From: the human T2T-CHM13v2.0 reference genome, Homo sapiens
Assembly: GCF_009914755.1 (NCBI RefSeq)
Contig: NC_060936.1
DNA: 64,000 nt
Reading direction: 5' to 3' (one strand)
This document shows positions 43,409-58,250 of this stretch, one piece after another. A program made the position numbers and the translations under genes. Under the pieces are notes generated by a model. The model made no database searches, was not told the DNA's origin, and saw only the letters and a program-made list of their open reading frames with translations. How positions within the stretch are numbered: the stretch's first letter is position 1; each line of letters begins with the position of its first letter.

Positions 43409-43452
<44 letters not shown>
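43409..43452. repeat. (AC)22 microsatellite
   Basis: Perfect dinucleotide run. Confidence 0.98.
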
Positions 43453-43454
<2 letters not shown>

Positions 43455-45339
43455 CACGATAAGAAGACAGACTCTAATATTTTTTTCTTCCACTTAGAGC
43501 CTTTTAAGAAACAAAGTTTTCCACTCAAAATTCAGTCATGGGGAAATGTTTATCAGAATTGTATAAACATTACTTACTAGCATAACTCCTACAACACTAA
43601 AACTCTTAACTTTCGGTTAGCAGTACTATGACATATTTAAAATATGGTCTTTCTAAATCTATCTTTATCAATGGGGAAAAAACACGCTGGGATTTTGTTT
43701 TCTAATCTATTACAGATTTTAGATATTGTTAATGAACAATTATCACATCACAAATGAACAATATCACACTGTTATACTTTCTTTCAGTAGAATTTCAAAT
43801 ATGACGTTTGTTGTCAAAAAGTCATGGCAATTAATAAGTAACATAAATTTACCAAAACACTAAAGGTATAGTGCATGTTCAGTATGATTTAGTCCCCCAA
43901 AACTCATCCCCCCTTTAAGAAAACAAAACTTTACAAAAACAAATTAGCCAATTTCATTAATATAAACCAACGTGTTTAAAAAGAACAAAGTACCTATTAG
44001 TTTGGAACAAGTCCTACATAAACCCTGTGTTTAAAAATGTTTAGAAAAGTCAAGGATACATGCATTCAAGTAAGAAAAAAAACAACTGGGTAGTATGAAG
44101 CCAGAAAACAAAGAAATTTTAACACAGGTAGTTAACCAGGGTAAAATAATTACTATAAACACAAATTAGTCTGTATAAATCACATATCATGTTAAACAAG
44201 AAGTCATTATTGTCTCCAACTGTTGAGCTACCTTTATTGAAAGGTGATGTTACAAAAGTGTGTTCCAGAGCTTCATGTTCAAACACTGGTTTACACTTAA
44301 ATCTATCAACTTTCAAAAAGCTACCAATGATATTCTTAAAATATAGACATTTGATCCCTATTGTAATGCACTAAAGCTGGAAGGCAGACATTACAAAGAT
44401 GGTACAGGGTCACAAAAACTGACCACAGTAAAATTATCTTTTAATTGTTTGCTCTCCTTATACTCAGAAAAGAAAAACTACTCACCTAAGTCTCTCTGGC
44501 AAACATTTCCTTAATTTCCTACATATTTAAGAAGGAACACAATAAAGATGTTCAAAGTGGGAGGAAATGGTGAATTTCTGGATACGTATATTAATTTAGT
44601 CCTACTTCATTTTCATTTTACTCATAAGTCATTCAACACATAAACACTGAATGACCGCAGAGTTCTTAAAATAAGAAAACATTTGGAATTCCTTCCAGTT
44701 ATGTTACATTTCAAGCACATGTAACCATATGCGTTCTTTACTGATGGCTAAGAAAATAATTACTTATAGTTTTGAAAACTGGGTCAATTATTTATATGAA
44801 GAGGTGAACTGGAATGAAAATTCCAAGTGCTATGAACTAGTGCCTTCAAATGACATAAAAATTAATATGCATTATGTAAGATGCTAATGAATACACATAC
44901 TTACAGATCAGACAGTCAATGGCAGTATTTAAATAAAATTATACTGAGATGTTCTCACGTAAGGACCTTATCTGAAGAATCTGCCAACATAGGATTAGCA
45001 TTGTAGTTACTTAATCCTTTGTTTTAATAATAAAATATACTGCTAATTATGTAAGGTATTTGGCCTTGCATTCCAAAAGACATATTCGCATTTTTCTTTG
45101 TATACGTTGTAAAAACTAATGCAAGGTAATGTGACTTTTTTAAACAAACATACCTTGTCATCTAAGTTCAAATGTATTTTACCATGTTAATGGTCACCTT
45201 AGAACACTACTCACTTAAAGATCAGCCATTATTCACAGTATTTTTCTCTCCATCTGAAACTGTTTTCTAAGTCTGTGCACACATATGCAAGCACACACAC
45301 TTCTAAATATCCTCAATGGTGACAAATTTCATAATTTGA

Positions 45340-45580
45340 AAGTCAATTTTAGCCATTTTCATCATTTCAGAGAGACATTTATAGCCAATTCTGGTGAATT
45401 AAAAAAGGATGATGAATCTTGGTATAAAATGCGATTAGAAAGTAATGAGATGGATGTTTTAGTCAGGCTTGCAAATGATTCAAAAGACAATTTCGAGAGA
45501 GGAAGTTTTTCCAAAATGTTTTGAACAATGGCATCATTGGAAAAGGGGTTTTGCTTCTCTGGGTGACAATTTTGAAAACA
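45340..45580 (+). mobile_element. MARNA-like mariner 3' remnant
   Basis: ttccaaaatgttttgaacaatggcatcattggaaaagg..gggtgacaattttgaa. Confidence 0.55.
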
Positions 45581-46789
45581 ACATTAATATGAATGCATAA
45601 ATTATAGTGCAATCGTTGTTTTCAAAAATCAAACTCTGTACTTTGCAATCATACCCTGCAAATATTAAATAGAGCAAATCTACATTTTTCCTGTAGATGG
45701 CTATGTATGTGTATTCTGAAGCTTCCATTGGGTGAAACTAACCATAAGTTGCATTGCAAAATATCATATATAATATAAACTTAACATAACCCTTTTAATC
45801 TTTCAAAAAATATGGCATGCAATTTTTTAAAACCCTATTTTCATTGTCAGATATTTACAACAAGCCCCAGTCTGTAGGCTTCTATAAACTTTTCTCTCCT
45901 ATAAACAGTCAAAATCTGGCAAGAGCTCACTGTGGGATTATGCACAAAAACTGCAAATTTAAACAAGGTGCGAGCTTATACTTTTTCACACATTATTGTA
46001 TCATGCTGCACCAGAACACTAATGTATGCACAGTTCCAAAATAGCCTGGGCTATTACTGCACAGCCTTGAAAACTACTAATATCCTGATGAGAGCACCTT
46101 TCAAAAGCTGCTCCTTTATTATTGCACTTCGGTAAAAGGTTGCTTTCATTATTTGTATTTTACAATAGAAAATAAACGAAGAAATGTCCATGACATTGCA
46201 TCATCATTCTAAGGTTTTATTTCTTATTAGACTTTTTGTAGTTACAAAAGTTGTTTCATCAATATGACTATGACAATGGGACTCAATACTATTTAATCGA
46301 CTCAATTATGGAACAAGTGTGCTATTTTTCCTTAGCTGCCCTACTTTCCTTTAAGTTGCATTTGAATTATTGATGAAATTGCAATAAAGCATTTCTTTGT
46401 TACACATAGTTTAGAAGTAAAGAAGGATGTTTCATGGTTAATTTTTAGACTCACAGGGATAAAATAAACACACTTGTTGTCCTTTCAAAGAAAGTCAATA
46501 GCATGGTACAAGCTTAAAAGAATGACTTTTCCTTTTTTCCCCTATTGTTTTGAGAACATAACGTGCTGAAACAGTGAACATAAATGTAAAAGGAGAAAAT
46601 GGTAAGTAAGAGTATAGTATAGAAAATTCTGTTCCAGGTCTTCCTAGGTGATAAAAAAATTTAAACTACGATAAATTTAGGCTCTGCTTTTCCTCAAGTA
46701 TTTCAAAGACCCATTTAGTCACGTAGCAGGCCACGAAAAACAGTACAGTGAATAGTTTTCAGAATAAGGACAACATTTCTTACTTAGGC

Positions 46790-47260
46790 TACTAGGATCA
46801 CTACCTGATGTCCCTTCATTCTTTTTTCCAAACAACAGCCAGAATAATCTTTTTAAATCATAATTTTGAATCTTTTAATTACTCTCCAATGCTTTTATGA
46901 TTAAAAACCCAAAGGCTTAAGAGGACCTACAAGATTCTATGATATATGACCCCTGCCTCCTCCAACCTCAACCTTCACAGCCTTGGCCCTTCTTTTCTGT
47001 GCCCTGGCCACACTGCTCTCTTGATCCCTTAACAGTCCAAGCTTTAGCCCATTGCAGAGATTTGTACGTGCTGTTCTCTATGCTTACTCACCCACAACTT
47101 CTCCACCTAGTTGGCCCTTAGTGCTTTTCATACCATAGCCCAAATGGCTCTTCCTCATGAAAGCCTTCTGGGACTTTCAGAATAAAACAGGCTACTCTAT
47201 GTATCCTTACAGCTGCCTGTACTTTTCCTCGATAATACACTCGATAGCACTTATCACTAT
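46790..47260 (+). mobile_element. L2 3' fragment (continues ~48010-48156 after the Tigger insertion)
   Basis: acagccagaataatctttttaaa..cttcctcatgaaagccttct; downstream cattagactggaagctccgtaagggtaaggacc..aaatgaatgaataa. Confidence 0.7.
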
Positions 47261-47376
47261 ACATATTTATAATACAACGTTCTTAGCCCACCTACATTCC
47301 CCAAGTCGCCTGAGAAACTAATGTGCTCCATTTCTTCTGCAAAATATACGATAGGCCTACCTGGCACCTGAATGGC

Positions 47377-47992
47377 AGAAAGACTCCTCTAGTAACCCAC
47401 ACCATCCTGCTCTCACCACTTTAATTGTCTGCTTCATCCCAAGTCTGCTTATGTCATTTGTTATTGTAATCATGAAAATTAACTAAATATGACATAATTA
47501 GGGAAATATAAGGGCAAAAATGAATGTTTTATTGACACCAAATTGAATGCTTTGTAAAGACGAAAGGCAAATTGTTTATAAGAACCACTATATTAGTTGT
47601 CACCTTCGTAACACTGGGATGAAAATGTTTTAAAACTAGAAAATTCTGCACTTAGATTGCTTGCCAAATGCCTTCAAGGTCTCCTCCATTTTTAATAAAT
47701 CAAAACTAAGAAGCATTCAATATATATTTTGGTGTGGCTTACCCAAGAAGATAATGAGTCTTCACTCAGGACACCCATACTTAAGTCTGAGTTCTATACC
47801 AATTAATTGGCAAATTGATAAACACTGATGAACAATGAAACATTGATAAATTAATAAAGCACACATGTTAAATATACTAAAATGTTTAATGTAAACAGCA
47901 TTTATTTAAGATTCTATGCATTTGTGATTTTTAAAAGAATGAACAGTCCAGCTACCACTCACAACAACACTGGAGGAGAGAGCATCTCTCTA
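47377..47992 (+). mobile_element. Tigger15a-like DNA transposon remnant
   Basis: aaattgaatgctttgtaaagac..ctagaaaattctgcacttagattgcttgc..ggtgtggctt..cccatact; boundaries approximate. Confidence 0.65.
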
Positions 47993-48190
47993 GTCTATTG
48001 GTATGGTCAGCTGACTCACCTCCATCTTCCTCATTAGACTGGAAGCTCCGTAAGGGTAAGGACCAAATCTCTTCTGCTTACCATTGTAACCCCCTTACTC
48101 AATTCATGTGTAACCAAAAATGGACTTTCAATAAAAAAGGTTTAAATGAATGAATAAGAAGTTAAGATTAATCAAATACAACGCTGTTTA

Positions 48191-48518
<328 letters not shown>

Positions 48519-50489
48519 TCAGTATGCAAATGCAAATAGTTATAAAGCAATTAACAACAAGTAAGGATGGAGTTACTTGAACATTTCAAGTCATAATATT
48601 CTTTTGAGAGACAGTCTACACTCAATAATGGAAAGATCATTTGTACGTATATTTTTAAAGAATCTTAATTTTATTATTTTAAAGATAGCACACTAGCATA
48701 ACAAGGTTCTGCCTTTTAACTTATGAACTATATTTAAGATTATGTGATTAGGTTTCCTTAGGGACTGAACCATGATTACCATATCCTTATTAAGACATCT
48801 ATATACTGGTTCCAAATCCAGCTACCTTTTAATTTTATCCATAATGAAAAGTAATAATAATGCTACCCGAAATGTATTTATCCCCTTTCTTCCAAGAAAT
48901 TTAAAGCAACCAGTATCTCATGAGCAGGTACTGTTAAATATAAAAACAAGAGAACATAATTGAAATGGATTTTTATTAGCAAAATAAAAGATTTTAATAA
49001 GGAAGCTATCTTAAGTTCAGGCACAAGATGACTCTAGGATAATTCTTATAAACTCGTCTGAGTTTTACCAGAAAAGTGCTTATAAATATTTAAAATTCCA
49101 AAAAGATGGGTAAGAACTTATTATACATATGGAAGGTATTGTGTTTTCAGTTTTTCTATTGCTGAGATGACACTAATAAAGATATCTTTTCATTATTGCA
49201 TTTAACTGATCTATACATTGATAAATCTGAAAAAAAGAAACAATGGAAGAACATTCAAAAGCATTCTGGGATATAAGGCAGGATATGGATCATAAATTAG
49301 AGCCAGATATACAGAAGGGTAATGGTGTCAGTGTGGCCCCAACCTTTTAGTTAATTGTGGGGAATTGCTAAACAGAAAGAAATGCTAAGTCATTATGACC
49401 CTGGCTAATGCAAACACACACACAGATATACACTCACATGCATACACACACACATTCCCTCCATGATTTAAAAAAATATTTTAAAGCATCCCAATTCTAT
49501 TCTAAAACCTAATTTTTCTTCAGTTCACTTTTTAATACTTGGAGCTCATACTACCTCATTTAAATAGTAGCACATGTCAAACCCATTAAATTGCCAAATT
49601 CTGTCTCCAACGCACTTTGTCCCCATTTGGTACATAACTTATGCTTTAGAAATCTAATTCAGTAGTATTCGAAGTGGGTGCAAAAAGAAGAAAAAGTCAA
49701 CTGGCATGTTAGAAGAAAATATTACAGCTTCTAATTACGTTTCTGATTTTATAGATATTCTTTATTTACTCTTTATCTTATCCCCTTTCTGTGTGTTTAC
49801 TGTTTAAATAGAGTAATATATTTTTTATTGACGGTTTATATACATGATCAGAAAAATTAGGAGAGCACTGACTTAGACGTCCACCTGGGAACCTGAAAAA
49901 ACCTAGGACTACCCTTTCTGGCTGATTACCTCTTGTCCACGTACTGAGCAACACTATACCCCGTACATAAAGAGACCCCATCACCACCACCATATGTGTA
50001 GGTCCAACAAGCTGTCCTACCTCCAGTTAAAATGTTGCCTTGGTTTCATTCCACAAAGACATCTTCTCCAAAGCCAGAAATTCAAGATGATCTACAAGGT
50101 TGTATTTGTTAATCCAATTACTAATAAACTGACATGGGGGCCCTCATTTTCACAACAGGAAGAAGTTAATGTTAATGCTCTCCTCTCTCTTGTTTCACCA
50201 TTTTGTCACACATAACAGTTTTCCTGTGCTTGAGGAAATGCATTATGGATTGCCTTGTCTAATTTTTAGCTAAATTGACCCTCATAAAATGGACAAGGGG
50301 TTTAAAAAGGTTTTCTTCTCAAAAAAAAAAATCGACAGATTTTCAAGTAATACGAATAACGCAAACATAAGTAAACCCAGGAAAATGGCAGAATTGCATC
50401 TCATGGACCAATTGCTAGTTCTTTGGCATCCGCATTTTAATAAAAATCTGAGAATTCTAAAAAATAGAGAAGTTATCAGAAAGGTTGTT

Positions 50490-50881
50490 TGTAGTGGATG
50501 CTGTGGTGCGCTGCCCAGCGGCACTTGCTCTCCCAGCTGCCAGGAGTATCGGCTGCTGGAAGCTCCCAGTTCAGTCCCTTTCCAAGAATAGCCCTAGCTT
50601 AGAGTTGTGGCCCCTCCACAGGGATGGCCCACATCCCACCCCGATGTTCAGTTATAAAGGCCTGGCTCTGGGTCTCCGTTCAGAACATCTCTGAACAGCC
50701 ATCCAGTTCCAGAGCTCCCCATTGGCGAGCTGAAGCCTCAGCTGCATCACAGTCAACATCTCCTCCTATCCGTCCTTTTCCCTCACCCTCTCGCAGGTGG
50801 TGTCCCTGAGAATCCTCCCAGAAACTCACTGCATGCAAATCTACATGTCACAGTAGGTCTCCGGGAAACTCTGACATGACT
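50490..50881 (+). mobile_element. LTR16-family (ERVL) solo LTR
   Basis: Starts tgtagtggatgctgtggtgcgc; ccatccagttccagagctcccc; ends ..ctgcatgcaaatct..gggaaactctgac. Confidence 0.75.
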
Positions 50882-51744
50882 GTTAGAGGCACCATCGTTT
50901 AACCTGGACCTTGCTTTCAGTGTTTATTGGGCCCTGAATATTAACTAAAGTAGCAACACATGTACATAAACTATGAATGTCTGTGTGTTTCTGTGCTTGT
51001 GTGTGTATTCTTGGGGATGTGTGCTCTAACAATTTGCCTGATGGAGTACCCCTAAAATATTAATACATCACTGAATATGCAAAGACAGCATTTTAACTGC
51101 TGACTTCAGGAGCTAGTTTTCCATTTTTTGCTTACTCTGTCATTCATTCACAAGCAAAGCAGACCATGTTACTTAACAGTATGAGTTTCCCCATGGCCTA
51201 CACGACAGAATCTAGTGAGTATGAGTCTGTAATAAAAAGATCACCTTGATCTGACTCCTGCCCACCACACAGCCTCATCTCGGCTAGTCCTGCCCTGTAC
51301 TCTACGCTCTACCTATACCAAACTATCTGTAATTCCAAGAACACAACATGCTATCTCTCACTGCCATGCCTTTCCACTCAGGTTGTCCCATCTTCTTGGA
51401 ACACACTACCACTCTCTCAGAGCACCACCCCTTGCCTTGCTTAGCTGAACTCACAGTCTTAGCAAGGACAGGTTGGTGGAAGCAGAACATCCAAGGGCAA
51501 AGAATAAGTGGGTGCTCTGTTGGCAGAAAATCTAAGAAATATAACTGATAAAAAGTTGGTGAGCCTTTTATCACCTAGATCCAACAACTGTAAATTCTAC
51601 CAGTAATAAAATGGTCCTTGCAGTAGGGTTGACTTCCCCCAGGGCCCGCCCTGGATATGCCACATACCCAGTAAACCATGGCTCAGGAATTCCAGTAAAC
51701 ACTGAGAACTTCCAGTAAAACTTTGGAAGGCTTGGACATAGGCC

Positions 51745-52470
<726 letters not shown>

Positions 52471-52809
52471 TCTAATTGATTAATAAAATACTCAGCTCAG
52501 GCATAAGTTGTCTTAGAAAACCTTCTCCAACCTCTCTTCGGTGCTCTCAAAATACTCTATCTGGGGTTATTTCTCTATCACTATACTTATCCCAATAACA
52601 AATAACCAGTTTCTGTTACTAGCTCCCCTATCAACTTGAAGTTCTCACAGACAAGTATCAAAATTTATTTATACAGTGTTCGTATCCCCTGGCAGAAATG
52701 AGACTTAAATTCAAATCTGAATTCAACAAATATTCACTGAGTTACAAGTAGAGAAAAGTAGTAATAAGACACAGGGTTCTGACTTCAAAGAATAAAGTTT
52801 ATAACCATA

Positions 52810-53000
52810 AACTGCTATTGTATGCTGAGATTCATTATGTGCCGGAGATTTTTTTAAGTACCTTGCATTCATTCTATCATTAATTCCTCATAATGGCTTC
52901 ATAAAGTAAATGTAATTATACCCATTCTGCAGATGAGGAATCAGACTCAGAGGGCTCAAGTAAATAACCCAGCTAGAAGGGAAAATCCAAAATAGCAGTG
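52810..53000 (-). mobile_element. MIR
   Basis: cattaattcctcataat..cccattctgcagatgaggaatcagactcagagggctcaagtaa. Confidence 0.75.
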
Positions 53001-53509
53001 TTAATATTGAGCTACAGCATCGATGTCCCTTGACACAAACTCACAATATCTCTCAGGAGATAAGACATGCTCACAACATGATTACAATATGCTACAATAG
53101 ATGCTGAAAGCCATAAAGATAGTTACAGATATAAGTGTCATAAGATCAGAGTGAGAGATATTCAGCTAGTATATTTGGTGAGAATGCTGTGAAAGAGTAA
53201 AATGTAATTTGGAAATTAAGGGATGGGCAGGATTTTAGAATATCTGTACGAGGGAGAAGCGTTGTACAAAAGGAAGACATAAAGAGGTGAAGGCAAGTAT
53301 GTATATGTAGACACGAGGCACTACATGTTCTGTGTCAAATTTCTCCCCACCAGCAGAGTCCCCAGGAACTAGAAGTATGGATTTAAGCACCTACTTTTTA
53401 AAGCTGTGAAACATGGAAACACTGGGAGATGACCAGAGGGAGTATCCCAATAGGTTAGTGGAATGGGGATGGAGGGTGGTACAAAGCATCTGAAACAGCA
53501 TGTTTGTTT

Positions 53510-54226
53510 CTGAAATCCTTCCTCTTGCCTTCCTCTCTAACACTACTGCTATAGTCCAAGCCACCATGTTTCTCTTGTGTGAATCATTTCAATAGCCTCC
53601 TTTCTAGCTCACCCAAATCCGTTCATTCCTGCCTCTCTTAAATGTGATCTACAGGCTGTAGGCACAAATTTTATTGTCCTGAGAAACCTCAATGGGTTCT
53701 TCATCACCGTTATTATGAAGACTCAACTCTGTAACATAGCTGAAAAAGCTTAATGATCTGATCCCAATCTCTCTCTACAACCTCATCTCCATCTATTTCC
53801 CTTCCACTCTGCTTCAGCCATGCTGCCCTTCTAATTCTAAGAACACACTCTTTTCCCTCCCTCTTTGGAAACCTTACACATGCTATTCCTTTCACCTTGA
53901 AAGATTTTTTTCTCCTGTCCTCATTACCTCATTAGCCATCTTTAAAATGTGACATTTTCATGTAAGCATCCTCTAACTGCTCCTCCCTCAAATACATCAG
54001 AAACTTCTCTCATATGCTGTATAATCTTCTGTGAAATACAGTTCCACAATTTGCAATCATAAACGCTGATAATTATTTGATTAATGTTGATCTTCCCTAA
54101 TAGACTTTAATTGCTTGTGTGCAAAGTGTGTGCCTGTTCCACACACCACTGAATCTCTAGCAGTTAACATGGTGTCTGGCTCATAGTAGGCACTCCAGAA
54201 ATATTTATTGATTACTGAATGAATGA
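53510..54226 (+). mobile_element. L2 3' fragment
   Basis: tagtccaagccaccat..aatagcctcct..tctggctcatagtaggcactccagaaatatttattg..gaatgaatgaa. Confidence 0.8.
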
Positions 54227-54824
54227 AGAAACAAAACAAAAAGAGAAAGCAAAAATACAGAGCAAAGTGGATTGGGAGCCAAGGAAAGTCAATTGACAAG
54301 GAGGTTTAAAGCAGATAGAAAGAGCAATCCTGGAAGAAATCCATGAGTCAGACAGGGCCAGGTGTCAGAAGTGGCTTTTGTGCACTGGCATGGCTTCTGT
54401 ATGAGCATTCTGAGAAGAGATAATAGGGCTGATGTGTTGCAGATAGTTTGGGAGTCATCTGAAAATCTCTGTTCAGCTTGAACCAGATCACAAGCAAATT
54501 ATTCTTGAAAGGAAGGTCTCAAACATGAGCCTGAAAAGATAGTTGGAGACATTGAAGAAGCTCTTAGAAACCAGACTTAAGAATCTTAGTCGCATCCATG
54601 TGTGGTACCCAGGCACTCTGAATGTTGGAGAAATATTTCTAAATATTAACAGCATGTCAGGAGGATTGGCCTGATAGTGGTAAATAGAGCAGAGTCGAGG
54701 GAAAGATACTAGTTTGGGGAACTTGCAATGATTCAGGGTGAGAGGGGTGAATATAGAAGAAAGGGGAAAATGCAAGCATCATTTTGAGGGATGACTTAAC
54801 AGGACTAAAAATATATTTTTCTAT

Positions 54825-55025
54825 GTTACAATGAGCAAGAGCTCAGACTTCAGAATCAGTCCACTCTGGGTTCAAGTTTCAGCTATGCCGTTTGCTAGCT
54901 ATGCTACTTTGAGCAAGCTCAGTTTCCTTGGCTGTATAATGGGACAGCATCTGTAACTATGTTAGAGTTATTAGGAAAATTCAATAAAAATAAACTGCTT
55001 AGTACAATGTCTAGCAACAATAACA
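54825..55025 (+). mobile_element. MIR
   Basis: ctgggttcaagtttcagctatgcc..ctagctatgctactttgagcaag..ctcagtttcct..ctgtataatggg. Confidence 0.7.
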
Positions 55026-57168
55026 TCAATCAACATCAGTGTCAACTGTGCTTTCAAGTGAGACAGGAGCAGGGGCGCCATGATGGTATACCAGGGAGGA
55101 AACGATTCTTGGTGGACAGGTCTTCATGTCATAAGAAGATAGCCACCTATGTTGTTAATTCCTGTCCTGGCTTCTGCTGGATCTTCCTTATAACCCATTT
55201 ACCTTTCTAGCTTCTGCTCTGGACTCATGCCAAACACAATCTCTGATGACCCTTTTAGAGACCTCATCCTTCAAACAGATGGAGCCATTTCTAAACTTTT
55301 GCCTGCAACATTTATTTCCAACTTGCCCTCTTATTCTAACCCTGCCCCCAGAAGCAATCCTAGATACTAACCTCCATGGCTAAATACTCCACTTCTCTCT
55401 TCTGAAGAAATATCGGAAAGATTATGTTGAAAATAAGTGCAAAGTTAAACTTGATTTTTAAGAGTTAACAGAGAATGATTATTTCTTTTTCCTCCAAGGA
55501 TAGGTAATAGCATCAGATTCTGAAATTAAGCACAGCAGGAAGAAAGAGGCTGCATAGATTTCACAGAGTATCACAGGCCTTTGCAATAAAGCACTTAAAA
55601 ATGCCTTGTATTGCTAATTCTTTACACAATCTCCTTTTATTTCCAAAGCAGTATGCAGGGCTTGAGCCATGAGACACGCATTGATGTTAACATTACACTG
55701 CTTGAATTACAGCCATTTTTCTACTAAAACTCTGGTTAGGTTTAGAATTACTTTTTACCTTCCCTCCCCCTGAATATATTTTTCAGATCAAATGAGTAGT
55801 TGCCTCTTCCAACAATGCTGAACCCACTTTTGCAGTCATTACCTTAGCAAACATTCTTCCCCTCAAGATTCCAATAACCAGGCCTTGACCTGTATGGGAA
55901 ATCTGCCTGCTTAAAGATCTCTGGATCGCATGTCACTCTGGGAATTCTAACTGAATGAGGGCAACTCTCTTTTCAGGCTGCTTTCAAGTTCCCATCTCCC
56001 CCCAGCCCCAAACCAATACTCCTCATTCATTCATTGAATTATTCACCAAATACTTATTAAATAGCTAATATTAGCAAGACACTGTGCTGGGCACGCTGGT
56101 GGATTTTCATAACAGTAAAATGAAAGTGGAATTGTCCATAAAGCACTGCTTGGTGACAGACAAACAATCAGATGTAGACCTCACTGAACGTTAAATAGAT
56201 TGTCTAAGAATGTGCAGTTTTATGAAGATTTATTATTTTCACGATCACCAGTCTATTGGCTAGCATCTGTAAAGATTTAGCTTCTCTCTTTACAAGATAT
56301 TTTTGTATAACGTAAATGCTTTTTTCCCCTGTCCATGTGGAAGCGCTGTCGTTTGTTCAATAAATATTTGCTGAGTGCTACAATCATACGGAGAACAAAA
56401 CAGATCACACGGAGAACAAATAGACAAGGTCCCTATCCTCATGCGGTAACTGTTATCCCAAGATAATAGACACAGAGGACTCATGTTTTGATCCCATACA
56501 AACCTTGGGTTAGTGTTTTTCATTGTTTATTTGTTTGTATAAAAGGCACTTTCCTGTAAGGACCATATTAGCCTAATTAAAACCCTGTCCTCGTCTTATC
56601 TCACCAGGACTCCTTTTCAGCCTACTCTTTCTCCCCTTCTCTAGCCATAGTAATCATAATCAAACTCTTCTAGTCTGTTTTCTACATGCTGCTCTCTCCT
56701 TCTGTGTGTTTTTATTCATTGATTAAACAAACATCTTTAGGCACCCACTATGTCCCAGACATTGTCTTATTTGGGATACAGGACTGGATAAATAGATCAA
56801 CCTCTTGTCTTCTGTCTACTTAGTCTCCTTCAGTCTGGCCTGTTAAAAAGTTATTTCCAAGGCTAGAATACATATAACTGGCCCCAGGGCCCCCTTCCCC
56901 ACTCCCCAACCCCTAGATTCCTTATGTCAGGTCCCCTCACTCTTGACTTGAAGCATGTTAATGTTTTATATACTCAAATTACTAAAGGCTCTTTAAATTT
57001 TATTTTAGAACTCCTAAAACCACATTATCAAAAAAAAAGTCTTTCTAGCAGTCCAACAATCAGTTGTGCTTTATCTTGGCACTACCACTATTCTGTGAGC
57101 ATCTTACTTAAATTCCATATGCCATGTATATATAACTTACTACCAAACTAGATCAATGAATTTTTTAT

Positions 57169-57359
57169 CACTGGTTCTCAAACTTTTATGTGCAAAAGAA
57201 TCACCAGTCACACTTGTTACAAATGCAGGGTTACAGCACTACACCTACAGAGATTCAGGTTCTATATGTCTGGGATGAGACCCAGAAAGCCCCATTTTCA
57301 ACAAATATCCCAAGTGGTTTTCAACTGGCTGACTGGATGATCACCTTTGAGAAACACTG
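57169..57359. mobile_element. MER5A (hAT-Charlie MITE)
   Basis: TIRs cactggttctcaaa / tttgagaaacactg, about 190 bp. Confidence 0.85.
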
Positions 57360-57533
57360 TTCTGTAATTTCCTTTGATGTCAGTTTTTACGTATTCAGAA
57401 TCTCTGCTTAAGTCATAAAATACTTTCCCTTAAGTATATGCAACACGCATCTGTGTGTTCAATGAATATTTTTTGGTGAATATAGGGATTAGTGAATATT
57501 TGATAATAAGCAACATTTAGAAATCGCTTTATA

Positions 57534-57878
57534 GGCTGGGTACAGTGGCTCACGCCTGTAATCCCAACACTTTGGGAGGCCAAGGCAGGCAGATCACTTC
57601 AGCTCGGGAGTTCAAGACCAGCCTGGGCAACATGATGAAACCCCACCTCTACACAAAATTTAAAACAAACTCCATCTCTACCCAAAATTTAAAGCAAATT
57701 AGCTGGGCATGCTGGCGCATGCCTGTGGTCCCAGCTACTCAGGAGGCCGAGGTAGGAGGATCACTTGAGCTCGGGCAGTTGAGGCTGCAGTGAGCCATGA
57801 TTGTGCCACTGCACTCCAGCCTGGGTAACAGAGTGAGAACTTGTCTCAAAAAATAAGAAAAAGTATAAAAACAAGAAA
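57534..57878 (+). mobile_element. AluJ with 29-bp internal tandem duplication
   Basis: J diagnostics (ggaggatcacttgagc, gaggctgcagtgagccatgatt); degenerate TSD agaaatcgctttata / agagatcactttaca. Confidence 0.93.
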
Positions 57879-58029
57879 GAGATCACTTTACAGCAAAGAC
57901 ATAGCTTTCAATAACTATTTCTCATCTCTTCCTCCTAACTGTCTCGTGATAGCCAGGTATTGTTAGTGCTCCCATTTTACAGAGAGGAATCCCACACCAA
58001 CACCTTGTGATGGAAGAGAATAAAAGTGG

Positions 58030-58250
58030 CAGAATCAAATAGACTGAAATTCAGGCAAAGACTGTCCCGCTCACTAGAGCTGAGGAAGATGGGCAAGTCA
58101 CTTGACCACTGGAGTCTCTTGTTCATCTGTGAAAAGGTGCTAATATCCATCTGATAGGAGGGCTGGGAGGGTTAAATGAGATTATCCATGTATGGCATCT
58201 AGCACCCCTCCTGGAACACAGTAAACACTCAAGAGCTGTTCGTTTTCCTA
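58030..58250 (+). mobile_element. MIR
   Basis: tcactagagctg..gggcaagtcacttgacc..ttcatctgtgaaaagg..gggttaaatgagatt..cacagtaaacactcaa. Confidence 0.75.

Noticed and set aside
56383-56423. 21-bp tandem duplication atca(t/c)acggagaacaaa
   Set aside because: Local duplication within an L2 tail fragment with no sign of function.
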